DNA of 64,000 nt. Origin: Rhizophagus irregularis. Its lineage: Eukaryota. The DNA is taken from NCBI RefSeq assembly GCF_026210795.1, contig NC_089434.1, positions 2,914,001-2,978,000 of the forward strand. Reading direction: 5' to 3'. The position numbers were made by a program, and so were the translations under genes. This document shows positions 13,078-26,046 of this stretch, one piece after another; positions within the stretch are counted from its first letter, which is position 1; the number at the start of each line of letters is the position of its first letter. The notes under the pieces are model-generated. The model was given only the letters and a program-made list of their open reading frames with translations. It ran no database searches and was not told the DNA's origin.

Positions 13078-15257
13078 ATGTCCTACCAAAAATCAAAACT
13101 AGATATAGCACAGCATGAGCCAATATATAAACGTTCTAAACAGAATCATGTTGCTCAGAAAAGAATTGACTGTGTTAAAGAAAATAAACGAGATTTTGTA
13201 AAAATATTCTCTGATGAACTTAACCTTCATGTTTTTAAGTATTTGTCAGCTGCTGATTTAAGTATTTGCGCACTAGTTTCTCGGCAATGGTGGAGATTGA
13301 CAAACGATCGTCAAGTAAGCCTAATAATTTAAATGCGGTAATTTTGAAAAAAAATACTAATTTGTAATATATTCGCATTTAAAAGTTATGGAAAGATCTT
13401 TTCCTATCACGTTTTAAAGCTCCAAAACGTCCCAATCTTACATATCGCCTTGAAAGTCTTCAAATGATCCCATCACAAATTAATGGCTTTCCTAAATCCC
13501 AGATGTTACCAGATGAGACATGCACTAATAAGGCAGATGAGGAAGATTGGAAAAATATATATCGAGTCAGCCACAATTGGCAAACGGGAAATTGTCGTGT
13601 GATTGATTTCAAACCTTACGTTAATTTGAACAAAGATCGAAAACAAGATGTTTTCTCATCATCATCTTCAGTTTCGCATGAAGAATCGCTAGAGACGCGG
13701 GATATCCCTTCACCTATTAATTTCTTTACACGATTTCATTCAAGTCCTCCCGTTAATACTAATTCTAATCCTCTTGTCCAGTTTACCAGGCATGTTATTT
13801 TAACCGCTTCTTTTTCTGGTATTAATGATATTAATAGTATACCTGAAGTACATCTTTGGCGTGTTGGGAAACAGAATGAACATATAGATACTCTGCGCAG
13901 TGAAGTTTTGCATAAAGAGATCAAAATACAGAAGTCTAAATTCCCAATTACCATTACTTGTTTGAAGTTAGATAGTAATGAAGGGAAAGATGACACAGAA
14001 ACACATAAATTAGTAGCTGGATATTCAAGTGGAGGTTTTACTATCTGGGAGATTGATTCATTAGAAAGGTCAAATAATGACATAGGAAAATGGAGGCACC
14101 GGGAAATCTATACTTTGCCAACGATGTCTTCGCATAGATTGCCTTATACACGAAGTCCACTTATTGCATGTGCATTACATTTCCCAGTTTTAGTTACATG
14201 TACTGAAGATTTTGAGTTGTCAATATACTTTATTGATTATAAGTCAGAAGTTAATACTCTATTAAGTTCCGATGAAAAATCGATTGGACGAGTCGAGTGT
14301 AGACTTGTTCATCAACTAAGAAGTTTTGTTTGCTGGACACCAGTAGAAATATCTGTAGAGTGCATTACAACAGATTCTACGCAATGTACTTCAATGAATT
14401 ATGAGCCTCAAGATTCTTGGAAAGCAATAGTTGCTTATTCGGCTCCATTATATGGTGGTGGTTGGACAGTGGGTATTCAGGAAATAAAATTTTCAGCTAC
14501 ACGGTTGATATCAACACGTCATTGTTCATCTTTACCATCCTTTATCCCTATTCTTTCAGAAAATAATTTCACTGATAATATAGAGCAATTTTCATTTGCT
14601 CCAATTACGACTATCACGTATAATAGTGGTCAATTAGTTACAGCACACTGCGATAACACTTTACAAGTTTATTACGTTCTAGAACAAGGAACAAAATTAG
14701 AATGTAAACATAAATGTACACTATATGGACATACAGGAAGTGTTATGAGTGTTGCTCTGGATGAACATGGTAAGTTAATAACCGGTTCTATGGATCATTC
14801 AATTAAGATATGGGATTTAGGATGGAATTTAGTGAAAAATAATGAACGTCGAAGAAGTAAAGATTATGATAATGATGCAAAAGATATAAATTATCACCAT
14901 AGTCTTTATCGAGATACTGAATTTTCAACAGTTGGAATAACAGCAAAAAGAAAGAAACATGGTGAATGTATTGTGACTTTAAATGATTCTTCAAATAATA
15001 TAAGAGAATTTGAAAAGTATAATTTAGGGATTAAATGGGTCGGATTTGACGAGGGAAGAATTGTTAGTGTTTGTGGCGGTACTAATTTAAAGAACAATTT
15101 ACAAAGCAATATTAAAAATAATGGTTCCAGAAAGGGGCCAATAGGTCCTCCACCAGGATGGGTAGGTTTATCATCAACTGAAACAAAAGTTGATTCTCAA
15201 TTAAATTGTATGGAAGATATAGGAATAGTTAAGGTCTGGTCATTTTGTGATGAATGA
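13078..15257 (+). CDS. F-box/WD40-repeat protein, 2 exons
   Basis: F-box (FSDELNLHVFKYLSAADLSICALVSRQWWRLTNDRQ-LWKDLF across intron ~13315-13385) and a WD40 repeat (LYGHTGSVMSVALDEHGKLITGSMDHSIKIWD). Confidence 0.85.
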
Positions 15258-15465
15258 AAATTTACTTTTTAGTGATAACTATTTAATATGTAACACTAGA
15301 TATTTTTAATGCCTAATTATCCTCATAAATTTTTCTAGAAGCAAATTTCCTAGATTATTTTATTAAGATAAATTTTACGATAGAATCAGTATAACCAATT
15401 AATTTTTAATGTATAAGTGATTATAATTAAACCAAACAGAATTATGTTTTCAAGTAATTTACTTA

Positions 15466-15928
15466 TTATTTTTTACTTTTATTTTTTTCCTGATTTGGTT
15501 TCTTAGTATCCTTATCACTATTTAATTTTATAATACTAAATTTCTGGCCACCATCGACAGCTTCAGCTCTAGATGCGATTACTTGTTCAATATTTTTATT
15601 TATAGCAGCTGTCAATTTCTAATAATTTTTTTAATTAAAAATTACTAATCTTTTTCAACGATTATTTAATTATAAATATATATTACGTACCTTATGCATT
15701 TTTTTTTGTTTTATTAATGATTGTTTTTTTGGTGCGATTGATCTTGCTATTAAATAAATAAATAAAAATTAAAACACGTAATTTTTTTTTTATAAACTGA
15801 ATAAATTTACCTCCTTTCTTTGGCCCAAGTCCGTGACTTGAACTATTATTACTATTTGATTTTGATTTATTTATAATTCTTTTATTGACTGAGCCTTTGA
15901 ACTTTTTCGCAAGAGGACCTTGTGCCAT
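15466..15928 (-). CDS. Small basic protein, UPF0390/C19orf53 (Leydig cell tumor 10 kDa)-like, 3 exons
   Basis: MAQG start, GPKKG-ARSIAPKK, KLTAAINKNIEQVIASRA. Confidence 0.8.
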
Positions 15929-16064
15929 TTTTTAAAAAAGAGGTTTTTTTTTTCAACAGAAAAATTTTAAACATTTTTTATTGGAGGATCTAATTACATA
16001 ATCATAGATCTTTCGCCTATATATAGGGAGTATCTTATTGGGATAGTTTTTATTCATAAAAAAG

Positions 16065-18403
16065 ATGGCTTTAAAAGTCCCGAAGAGTAGCTATCCTCAA
16101 TTATTTAAAGAAGGTTATAAGGTATGTATGTTTTATTGACACGAGTAAACTTTTATACTGGTAGTAGTAGTGATAGGATACCGATAAGTCGTAATAAATA
16201 TAGAACGCTCTACTGTTTGATGCCGCGTATTTTTATAATATTAAATACATATTTCGGTTTAAAATAGAACCTTCAAGGTGTTGAAGAAGCTGTATTGAAA
16301 AATATTCAAGCTGTCCATGAATTGTCAGAAATTGTTAGAACCTCTTTTGGACCAAATGGTATGGCCACGTTAAGACGTGTATATATGTATTTAGGCTTAT
16401 TTTAACATTATAAATCGTTAATTTTTAAATTTAATAGGGCGAAACAAAATGGTTATCAATCATCTTGAGAAACTTTTTGTTACCAATGATGCAGCTACTA
16501 TTATTCGTGAATTAGAAGTTGTACATCCTGCGGCAAAATTATTGGTAATGGCGAGTCAGCAACAAGAACAGGAGGTATGTTTTCTGGAACTAATTAATTG
16601 TATTGATGGTTCACCTTTTATATGCGTATATGCTTGGCATTAAACTTGAGCTTAATTAAAATTTTATTTTTTATTTTTTATCTCGATTTAAAGATCGGAG
16701 ATGGTACAAATTTTGTTTTGATCTTTGCAGGAGAACTCCTCCAAAAAGCCGCAAATCTTCTTAGAATGGGACTTCATCCAAGTGAAATTGTTCAAGGGTA
16801 TGAACTTGCAAGTAACAAAGCTTCTGAAATTTTAGATGGTAAGGAATTTTGGGATCTTATTGTATTGATTATTAAAGTCATTACTTGATACATTTTACGT
16901 TAATTATGTGCTTTATTTGTTCAAAACATATATAGGATTATCGGTTGATAGTGTGAACGATTGTAAATCAAGAAGTGAATTAGAGAAATCAATTAAAACA
17001 TCAATTGCATCAAAACAATCAGGATATGAAAATTTACTTACTAATTTAGTTATTGACGCGACATTAATGGTTTTACCAAAAAATCCTCAACATTTTAATG
17101 TAGATAGCGTACGTATAGTAAAAATTATGGGTAGTAATATTTATGAAAGTAAAGTAGTAAAAGGTATGGTATTTGGTAGAGAATCTGAAGGTACTGTAAA
17201 TAAATCATTGAAATCAAAAATAGCAATATTTACATGCCCATTAGACTTAGCTCAAACTGAAACAAAAGGTACAGTATTAATTCATAATGCAAAAGAAATG
17301 TTAAATTTTACTAAAGGTGAAGAGGAACAAATCGAAAAAATTTTTAAAGAATTTGAATCAGCTGGTATAAAAGTTGTAGTGACGGGGGGTTCTGTTGGTG
17401 AATTGGCCTTACATTATTTAAATAGATTTAACATTATGGTAGTGAAGGTTTTGTCAAAATTTGATTTAAGAAGATTATGTAGAGTTGTTGGTGCTACAGC
17501 TTTAGCTAGATTGGGTGTACCTACTGCTGAAGAAATGGGCCATTGTGATGTTGTTGAAACTGTTGAGATTGGTGGTGATAGAGTAACGGTCTTTAGACAA
17601 GGTGAGGTAACAAATACTGTGAGGCCTTTTTTTCTCAAACAATATGTTTAATTTTTTTTCTGTGCATACGAATAATTACGCGAATTTACAGAGGACGAAA
17701 AATCAAAAACTGCTACTATTGTTATTCGTGGTGCTACTCAAAATGTTCTTGACGATATTGAACGTGCTATTGACGATGGTGTCAATAATGTTAAAGCTGT
17801 TACAAGAGATCCTCGCCTCGTTCCTGGCGCTGGTGCTACTGAAATGGAATTAGTTAAACAATTAACTTCTTTCGGAGAGGTATATATAAATTAAAGCATT
17901 TGCGATAAAAAAAATAATTTATTGAAAATTGTCAATTCTTGATAGAAAACTCCCGGTATCAACCAACATTCAATTAAAGCATTCGCTGAAGCACTTGAAG
18001 CTTTTCCACGTACTTTAAGTGAAAATAGTGGTTTAGATGTTACAGAAATTTTACCGAAACTTTATTCGGCTCACCACAATGAATCCACTTCAGCCACTGA
18101 GGATGATAAATCCGGCGCTTGTGTTGGTATTGACATTGAAAATGATGATATTGTTGATGTTACTAAATTACCTAATCCCGTCTTAGATGTTTTAATAACT
18201 AAACACTGGGCTATTAAATTTGCTACTGAGGCTGCACTGACTGTTTTAAGAGTTGATCAGGTATTTCACATATCGATAATTGGTTTTTTGTCGCGATATC
18301 CTGCTAATATCATAATTACTGTTTTTGGAACTAGATTATCATGAGTAAACCTGCTGGTGGACCTAAACCTCCTCAACAGAACTCTAATTGGGATGAAGAT
18401 TAA
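16065..18403 (+). CDS. CCT8: T-complex protein 1 subunit theta
   Basis: RTSFGPNGRNKMVINHLEKLFVTNDAATIIRELEVVHPAAK, GDGTNFV, KVLSKFDLRRLC, C-terminal IIMSKPAGGPKPPQQNSNWDED. Confidence 0.97.
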
Positions 18404-18702
18404 CTTGTATATAGCTTTATTTTAATTATAACACTGATTGATTAGTAATGCCTAAAGTGAAACTTATTTATAAGTAACTTTACAATATCACTTAGATAAA
18501 ACTTCCATGTATAATCAGACGACAATGAAAAAATTTTATTTCACAAATATTTTCGTTGAATATTTATTCTATATACTTTAATTCTTAAAGAATAAATATA
18601 TTTCTTCAAATAATAAAAATATTATTTCTAATTCTTCCTTAAAATAACAATTCTATATAGGTAACATCAAATTCAATTTTTTGCAAAAAAATTTTCGCAA
18701 AG

Positions 18703-20498
18703 TTAAAGAACAAATTGACCATTATTAGTAGCATCATCCAACAGATTATTTTCAACTACAACAGTAACATCTAAAGGTTGTTCGGGCTCATATAAACAAC
18801 TATATTCAGGTCTAAAAATACTATCGTTACCAGTTTGTGGATAATAACTATAATTGTAAGTTTGTTCATGTAATCTCCATTTATTTCTTCTTCTATTATA
18901 ATCTAAATTAAGTATAGGTGATGGAGACGATAATGGATCTGACAATTGACTAGTACCGTCATTCAATAATATTTCAGCTTCTATAGTATATGATCTCATT
19001 TCGTTTACAATACATCTCATCCACCCTTGTATAGTCTGCCCCGCATTAACCGCTAATGGCTCTTTTAACAAGAATCTAACTTGCTGCCAGTGTGTTCTTT
19101 CTGCTGTTGGATTTGTTGTCATAGTAATTGGGTTACCGTTCTGTATTGTGGCCGGTGGTGAAAATTGTAAATCAAACCATCCTGCTATACCGTGAATAAT
19201 TCCCGTGTATGATGCTTGCCAAATAAATGGTATTGTGAAATCTCGCAATTCTTCTAATGTTATTGTATAAAAATCAACAAGATATCCACCAGGATTAGCT
19301 GGCGCAATTAAGGTACGTGGATCAAATCCTCCAACAACCGGCATGCCTTTACCGATTCGTTTTGTTACAGAGAAAATTATTAATTAAATCATAAAGAGAA
19401 CGCTTTCAAAAAAATGTGCACTTACCAAACATCTCATCTTTGGCATCAGCATATACTGCAGTTAAATCTACACCATAAAAAGATTGTTGTTCCCAGAATC
19501 TGGCTTTACCCATAGTCTCACTCCATAAACCAGCATCTGTAAAAGGAGCAAGAAATATTGATCCAGTTGAAGGAAAAAGTGTTCCCCCAGGTTTTAAATA
19601 ATGATCTCGAGCATAAAGATAACTTTCAAGCTTCATTTTACATGCATAAGAATCAATGATTAGATTATATTTATATTAAAGAAATTATTACAAAAGGTTA
19701 GTAACTTGACTTTAAGAGAAAAAAATTTATTTGTTTACGGTATATTATATATGCATATAGTGTTAATCTACGCAAGAACTTAATATTAAGAAAGATTCTT
19801 GCGTATATTATCTTACCATTCTCTCATGGATCAACAAAACTCCAATAGGTTCAGAAATAATTGTGTCCACTTGAGGAATCGGAAGATTCGGTTGTTCAAT
19901 TTTGGCTAATGAAACCAGGAAAAAGAATTAGTTATTTATACTATACTTTGGTTATAGAACAGGAAGGGCCTACCTTGAACAACTTCAATCTTGTCTTTTA
20001 AGAAAGCATTCTTTCCCGGGACTTCATTTCCTGAAGCATTAGCGGCATCGACAATTTTTTGCATTTTCTCGGCCATATTTGAAGCTTCAACGGCATATAC
20101 TTTACGCGCTCCAGCTTGAACCGCAAAGTATGATAGAATACCCGAACCTAAATAATACCAAAAAAATGTAAGCTTAAAATGTATTAATTAAAGGCTCAAA
20201 TATATACATACCAGCACCAACGTCTAAGACCAGTTTATCATGGAAACATACAGGACCATTCAAAAGTATTGCCGAACGGTAAGTGGAAGTTCGTACTGTA
20301 TCTTGAAGCATATTTTGCTGTTGTTAAAACAAAACTCTCTGTTTAACAAGCCACCAGGAGTTTTCTTTGAGACGCGTTTGGAACTAAGTTCTTGAAAACC
20401 ACCTGATGCTGGAGCATGGCATAATACGAAAAATAGGCAGGATCGCGTCCTTCTGTTGAAGGAACTTTACCGTTTGCATTTAATGAAGCGTTCGACAT
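18703..20498 (-). CDS. CARM1: Protein arginine N-methyltransferase, CARM1/PRMT4-like
   Basis: [92 protein letters not shown]. Confidence 0.85.
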
Positions 20499-21856
20499 AC
20501 TTTTTTTTCAACTAAAAAAAAAGTTGTTTTGTACCCAAAAGGAGAGAAGAACTAAAAAAAAGATCAAGTACCAAAAAAAAAGAGATCAAAAAAAAAAAGA
20601 AACAATGTAAAAAAAAAAGTTGAAGACGAGTTTTTTGAGTTTATTGTTGCGTGCGTGTGACACTCGTGTAAACAAATATGTTGTCATACAATGCGTCTCT
20701 ATGACTGAAATTTAGAGCAAAATATCGTTTTTGATTCGCAGCTAATTGATACAAGTCACTTTTTTATCAAATAAGAAAAGGAGAAAATACAACTATATTT
20801 GAGCAATATTTACATAACTTTTTATCTTTATAATTCAAAGAAAATACTCATTCTTATGTCAGCATGCCGGCTTTATAGTGTTTTAATGTTTTATTTATGT
20901 CATGCATTGGCGTGACAATCAGGCCTAGTTCAATTTTAAAATTAAAAATTAAACGTTCTGTTTTATAAAATATCGATAAATATATAAATGATAATAATAT
21001 TAGACATTGCTAAATAAATTCTTTAATATCTATGTTGCCACTTATCCATAATTTAAAATATGAAATGAAAAAAAAATAAATAAATAAACCAATTTAATTA
21101 ATTTTAGTTTAAACCCATATAAAATATTTCATATCTTATACTAAAATTATTATTTATTTGCTAGTAAATTGTTGCCTATTTGCTAAATGATATATTTTTA
21201 TATCATTATTTTGCATTTTAGAATACTTTGAATTTATTTTAGCTTTATTATTTTATTTTTTCTATAGTAATTATTTTTCTGGGTAAAAACTTTTTTCTAA
21301 AATATTTTAAGCTGATTTTTTCTTTATTATTTTTTTTTTTAAAAAGTTTTTAATAAAAACAATTATTATTTATATATTTTATTTTTATTATTATTTCTCT
21401 TTTTTTTAATAATTAAAGCAGTTTACTAATTTTATTAAAGCTAAATAACAAACTAACTCAATTAAAAAAGATTCTTTTAAATTTAAATTAATAGATTAAA
21501 AAGTAAAAAATATACACTTTACAATATAGTTTAACAATTGCCATTTAAAAGAAATTACAGTCAACTCTGAATATAATGAATTAAAATTTGAATATACTAA
21601 ACTAATATTGAGAAGTTTATTCAAAACTATTAATTTTGGATAGATTTTGAATAACCTTTAATATATTTAAAACATGTTTAAATTTTGGTTAAAACTTTAT
21701 TAAATACTGTACTAAATTATCTATTACAAATCCAATTTATTTATAACTAATTATGCTGGATCTAATAAACTATATAATAAAATTATTACATCTAAATTTA
21801 TTTTAATTAAACAATTATATTAATCTATATATTTGATATTTCTAATATTATAATTG

Positions 21857-22011
21857 GGCGCTTTGCAGTAAAAAGGAATGAAACTACTAAAAAAAATAAA
21901 AAATAAGTTAATATAAAGTCTGAACAAATTATAGCATTTAGAATATTTTTGGCATATAAAAAAAAATTTGAATTTTTTCAGTAGTTTCATTCTTTTTTAC
22001 TGCAAAGCGCC
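21857..22011. mobile_element. Short MITE with ~35-bp TIRs
   Basis: ggcgctttgcagtaaaaaggaatgaaactact at the left; agtagtttcattcttttttactgcaaagcgcc at the right. Confidence 0.75.
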
Positions 22012-22377
22012 TATATAATATAAATTAGTTATACTAATCATAATTTTTTTTATTAAAGTATAGAAAATTTTTTAAAAAATTCTAATATATTAATTTTTTT
22101 TGTTTATATATAAAAATATGAATTTTACAAAAAAATCCAACTCTTTTTAATATTAACATTATACAATAATACTATATTGGAAAATTAATAATAGCTAATA
22201 TTTTGAAAGAAAAAAGTATATAGAAGTATTAAAAAATTTTATAATAATATTATTAAAATCTACTATATAATAATTGTTTTTGTGTATAACTGTAATGTTT
22301 AGAATAACTAGTAACTATATATTAATATTTTATTAGTTAATTTATATATCAAATAGTTCAATATAAAAATATAAGTA

Positions 22378-22574
22378 CAGTCGACCCCCTATATAGTCAC
22401 CCCCTGTATAATCATATCATATAAAATTCCCTTTATAAGCACACCATATTTTGGCCCAATGTACTAATAAATATATTAGAAAAACCTCTTCTATAATCAC
22501 AACATATGACTTTTTTTATAATCACACCCTTTTTTTTTGGTCCCAAGGGGTGTGACTATAAAGGAGGCCAACTG
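22378..22574. mobile_element. pogo/Tc1-mariner-type MITE
   Basis: TA|CAGTCGACCCCCTATATAGTCAC ... GTGACTATAAAGGAGGCCAACTG|TA, with repeated TATA(G/A)TCAC subterminal motifs. Confidence 0.8.
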
Positions 22575-22722
22575 TACTAACTATAAAAATATTTAATTTA
22601 TTTATATAGTAAAAGAAATAATATATATTACTATTTAAATAATTTAGTACTATATAAATATTAAAATTTTATACAAAAAATCTGATTTAAATATTAAATA
22701 TAAATATGGATTTTATAAAAAA

Positions 22723-23099
22723 TCGCCATTGCGATGTGTCGCAAGTGTCACGTGACTTTACATATGTGAATAATTTGTCACCCCGCATCACATCCTTTAG
22801 TTTTCCATTTTTATTATTTATTCTGGGGACTTGAATTTTTTCAGTGCAAAAAATACTATTTGTCACTCCCTATATATCACATGCTTAATCTCGGCCAAAT
22901 TTTATAACGCTGGCCAAAATATCCTTTTTTGGAGCTTTAGGTAATGTTACACAATCCAAAAAAAAGCAATTTTATTTTTCAGCAAAATTCCAAGTTTTTG
23001 TTACACAAAACTTTCAAAAAAGGAAATTTCTTTGACGATCTTTTAATTCCGGCCGGAATTACAAAATCACGTGACACTGGTGATGCATTGCCATGGCGA
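22723..23099. mobile_element. MITE with ~35-bp imperfect TIRs
   Basis: tcgccattgcgatgtgtcgcaagtgtcacgtga versus tcacgtgacactggtgatgcattgccatggcga; flanked by taaaaaa on both sides. Confidence 0.7.
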
Positions 23100-23169
23100 T
23101 AAAAAACAAAACCCTATAAATATTATATAAAAAAGGTATATATAAGTTTAATTAGAACAAATATTATAT

Positions 23170-23366
23170 AAAGATTATCTCTCTACAATTAATATTGGCA
23201 GAGTTATGATACAATAAAGTTTTAAGTATAATTCTGGCTAAAATTATGTTAATTTTTGGCCAGAATTATGATATACTAATATAAGAAATTTTTTATATAG
23301 TCACATCTCATTATAATCACCAAATATAAACTGTTCCAAATGTGTGACTATAAAGAGAGTTGACTG
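23170..23366 (+). mobile_element. Right-end fragment of the pogo-like host family, with EMPTY target site B
   Basis: Closely matches 47110-47266 joined directly to 59609-59647; reads ...ttataatcaccaaatataaactgttccaaatgtgtgactataaagagagttgactg|TA. Confidence 0.9.
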
Positions 23367-23398
<32 letters not shown>

Positions 23399-23607
23399 TG
23401 ATTTATATATGCTTTATTGATATGTAGTTTATATACCATACAAACAAATTATCATAAGCTATATCCACCCAGTAGGATGCAATCATCAAAATATGGATAA
23501 GAATAAATATAGAATAAAAAATAATTAGTGTTGTATCTATTGATTATAAAAATAATTAATATTATATCTATTGATTATATTATAGAAATTGTTGTTATTA
23601 TTATAAA

Positions 23608-23638
<31 letters not shown>

Positions 23639-24567
23639 TTTTCCCTCCCTTTTTCCTTTCAAATTTGGTAAATTTATGTATAATTCCAAGTTTAATTATA
23701 CTGTTGCTAAATCAATTATAACATTGTTAACAACATTTTTTGTCTTTTTATAAGCCCAACTAAACCACCAGTTATTATTAATTAATAAACACATTTGATC
23801 TTGAGCTTTTTTTCCCATTCTATAGCATTTTGATAATATGAGATTTTCATTTTTTAAGTTTTCAAGCTGTACTGAATCCAATTCCAATGATGTATCACCA
23901 AACTCTACCATTTGATCTTCCTGTGAATTTGTTATATTATGCTTCTTTGATTGTTGTTTATTCTGTTTTAATTGCTTGATTTATTGATGAGGGAATTTAA
24001 AATAATGATCCATATTTTCAGATTCATTTAATTTGTCTTTTTTTCCAATATTTTTAGCCTTTTCCCATGCATTAGTAGCATTACATCTAGGCAACCAAAT
24101 TAATTCCTTAAAGTGTATGATGAAGGAATCCAAAAGTGAAACCAAAAATAAAATGTTTTTTGACTCTGAGAATCCAAATATTTGTTTTGATATTTTGGAA
24201 AAATTAGTGTTAATCTTAGCTTCCAAGGCCAGTAAGCAAAAATCAAAAAATTTTTTATCATCATGTTGTGCTCCTAGTATCTGGTTTAATTTCTTATTTA
24301 TAATCTTAGGTGTATCCTCTGTTGTATTACTCCATTTTTGAATTATGGAAATCATATCATTTTGCATTCTGCTTTTGATTATAGGCCATAAGTCCTTATT
24401 GGCCTCACATTCAATGAAATGATGTTTGTTTTCTTTTTTGTTAGCATTGCACCTTGGACAGACAAACTCTTTGTATAGATTTAGTTTTCGCTGTAGAAGA
24501 ATAGTACCTATAGGAAGAAGTTTAGCAAATAGTTTAACAATAAATATTAAGTGCCAATGTTTTTTAA

Positions 24568-24859
24568 GGACCCCGGATATCTCCAAAACAGGTCATAAGT
24601 CACACTTTCGGCAGATTGGCCCATTTTTCAGGGCTCAAAAAATCATTTTTTGTAAATATCTCGGCATCCAGTAGTCCAATTTTGATGAACTTTTTTTTAA
24701 ATTGTAGAGCTAAATGAGGGCTACAAAATAAAAAAAGTTCATTAAAATTGAATTACTGGATGCTGAGATATTTACAAAAAACGATTTTTGAGTTTCAGCA
24801 AAAAGGGGTGTTTTTGGCCAAAAGTCCATTATGACCTTTATATTAAATATCCGGGGTCC
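24568..24859. mobile_element. Mutator-like MITE inserted in the LINE
   Basis: TIR ggaccccggatat / atatccggggtcc; 10-bp duplication tgttttttaa (24558-24567, 24860-24869); large internal palindrome. Confidence 0.85.
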
Positions 24860-25860
24860 TGTTTTTTAATTGAAATACAATTAAACCCTTTATATCTATA
24901 AATTAAGTTCCAAGTTATATTCCAATCAATTGGAGTTTCATGTCCATTTGATTTTAACATTGACCATTCTGCTGCCACTTTAGTATTTATTAGAGTTTTG
25001 ATAAATTTCCTTAAGTTGTATTCAATAGGGATCTGTTTAAAAATTGGAAAAAATCTGACTTTCTTATTGCTATAGTTAAATCTATTGTTAAAGTAACCGC
25101 TGTTGTTACTTGTGTTTTTAGCTAATTTATCTACCATTTCATTCATAACATCTTCACTGTGTCCCTTAACTTTCACTAACACTAGATCCATCTTTTTTTC
25201 CTGTAAAAGAATATCTATCTTAAGTAAAATTAAAGAATTAAACTGTTTCAGTAATTTTTTATCCGATTTATTATGTCTATTATTAATCATATAGATGGCA
25301 CTTTGACTGTCTGTATATATTTTAATTTTTGCATTCATAGGACCTGTGAGTAATGCCAGAAAAATAGCCACTAGTTCTGCATGTATAGAAGAGGACCATA
25401 ATGATAAATTTGCTTGGGCAGATAAGGCAGGTTCATTATTGACACAAAACGCTGCACCCATTTTTGTGTACACTAAATTGGGATCTTGTTTATCCCTTAA
25501 TGTAGGGATACTTGTCCTGAGCGAACCATCTGTGTAATATTCTACCGATGTTCTCTCTTCTAATATATTTCTAATATCCATAAGTTAAGTTTTGATTTCA
25601 AGTCATCATCATCTATCCATCTGTGAATCCATATGTCCTGAACCAGTGGTAGGTTAATTATAGGACTTGGCGTTGATGTTGGTGATCTATCTCTGGATAA
25701 TAAAATGTCAGGATGATGAGTTGAAGATAACCATTCACTAGGAAAACTCCAACCACGCGAATTAGAGACTCTATCTAAAATTGCTCTCTTACAGCAATGA
25801 GTCAGTATAACTCGTCCGGTATCCTGCCATCCAATTGTTCTATTATCATTGTATCCTGGA

Positions 25861-26046
25861 TAAAGTTGCTTGCCAAAAATAAAAAGGCTATTGTCGAAAT
25901 GGTAAAAATAATTTCGACATTTCGACATGACGAAATGACGAAATTATTTTATTATTAAAATTGACTAAAATGCAAATGACGAAATGGAAAAATAATTTTG
26001 ACAATTTCGATATGACGAAATTCACTAATTTCGACAAACAACTTTA
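25861..26046. mobile_element. hAT-type MITE inserted in the LINE
   Basis: TIR taaagttgcttgcc / gacaaacaacttta; 8-bp TSD atcctgga (25853-25860, 26047-26054); repeated atttcg/cgaaat subterminal motifs. Confidence 0.88.

Noticed and set aside
1144..20498. U12-type minor introns in the housekeeping genes
   Set aside because: No (G/A)TATCCTT donor seen at the inferred splice sites.
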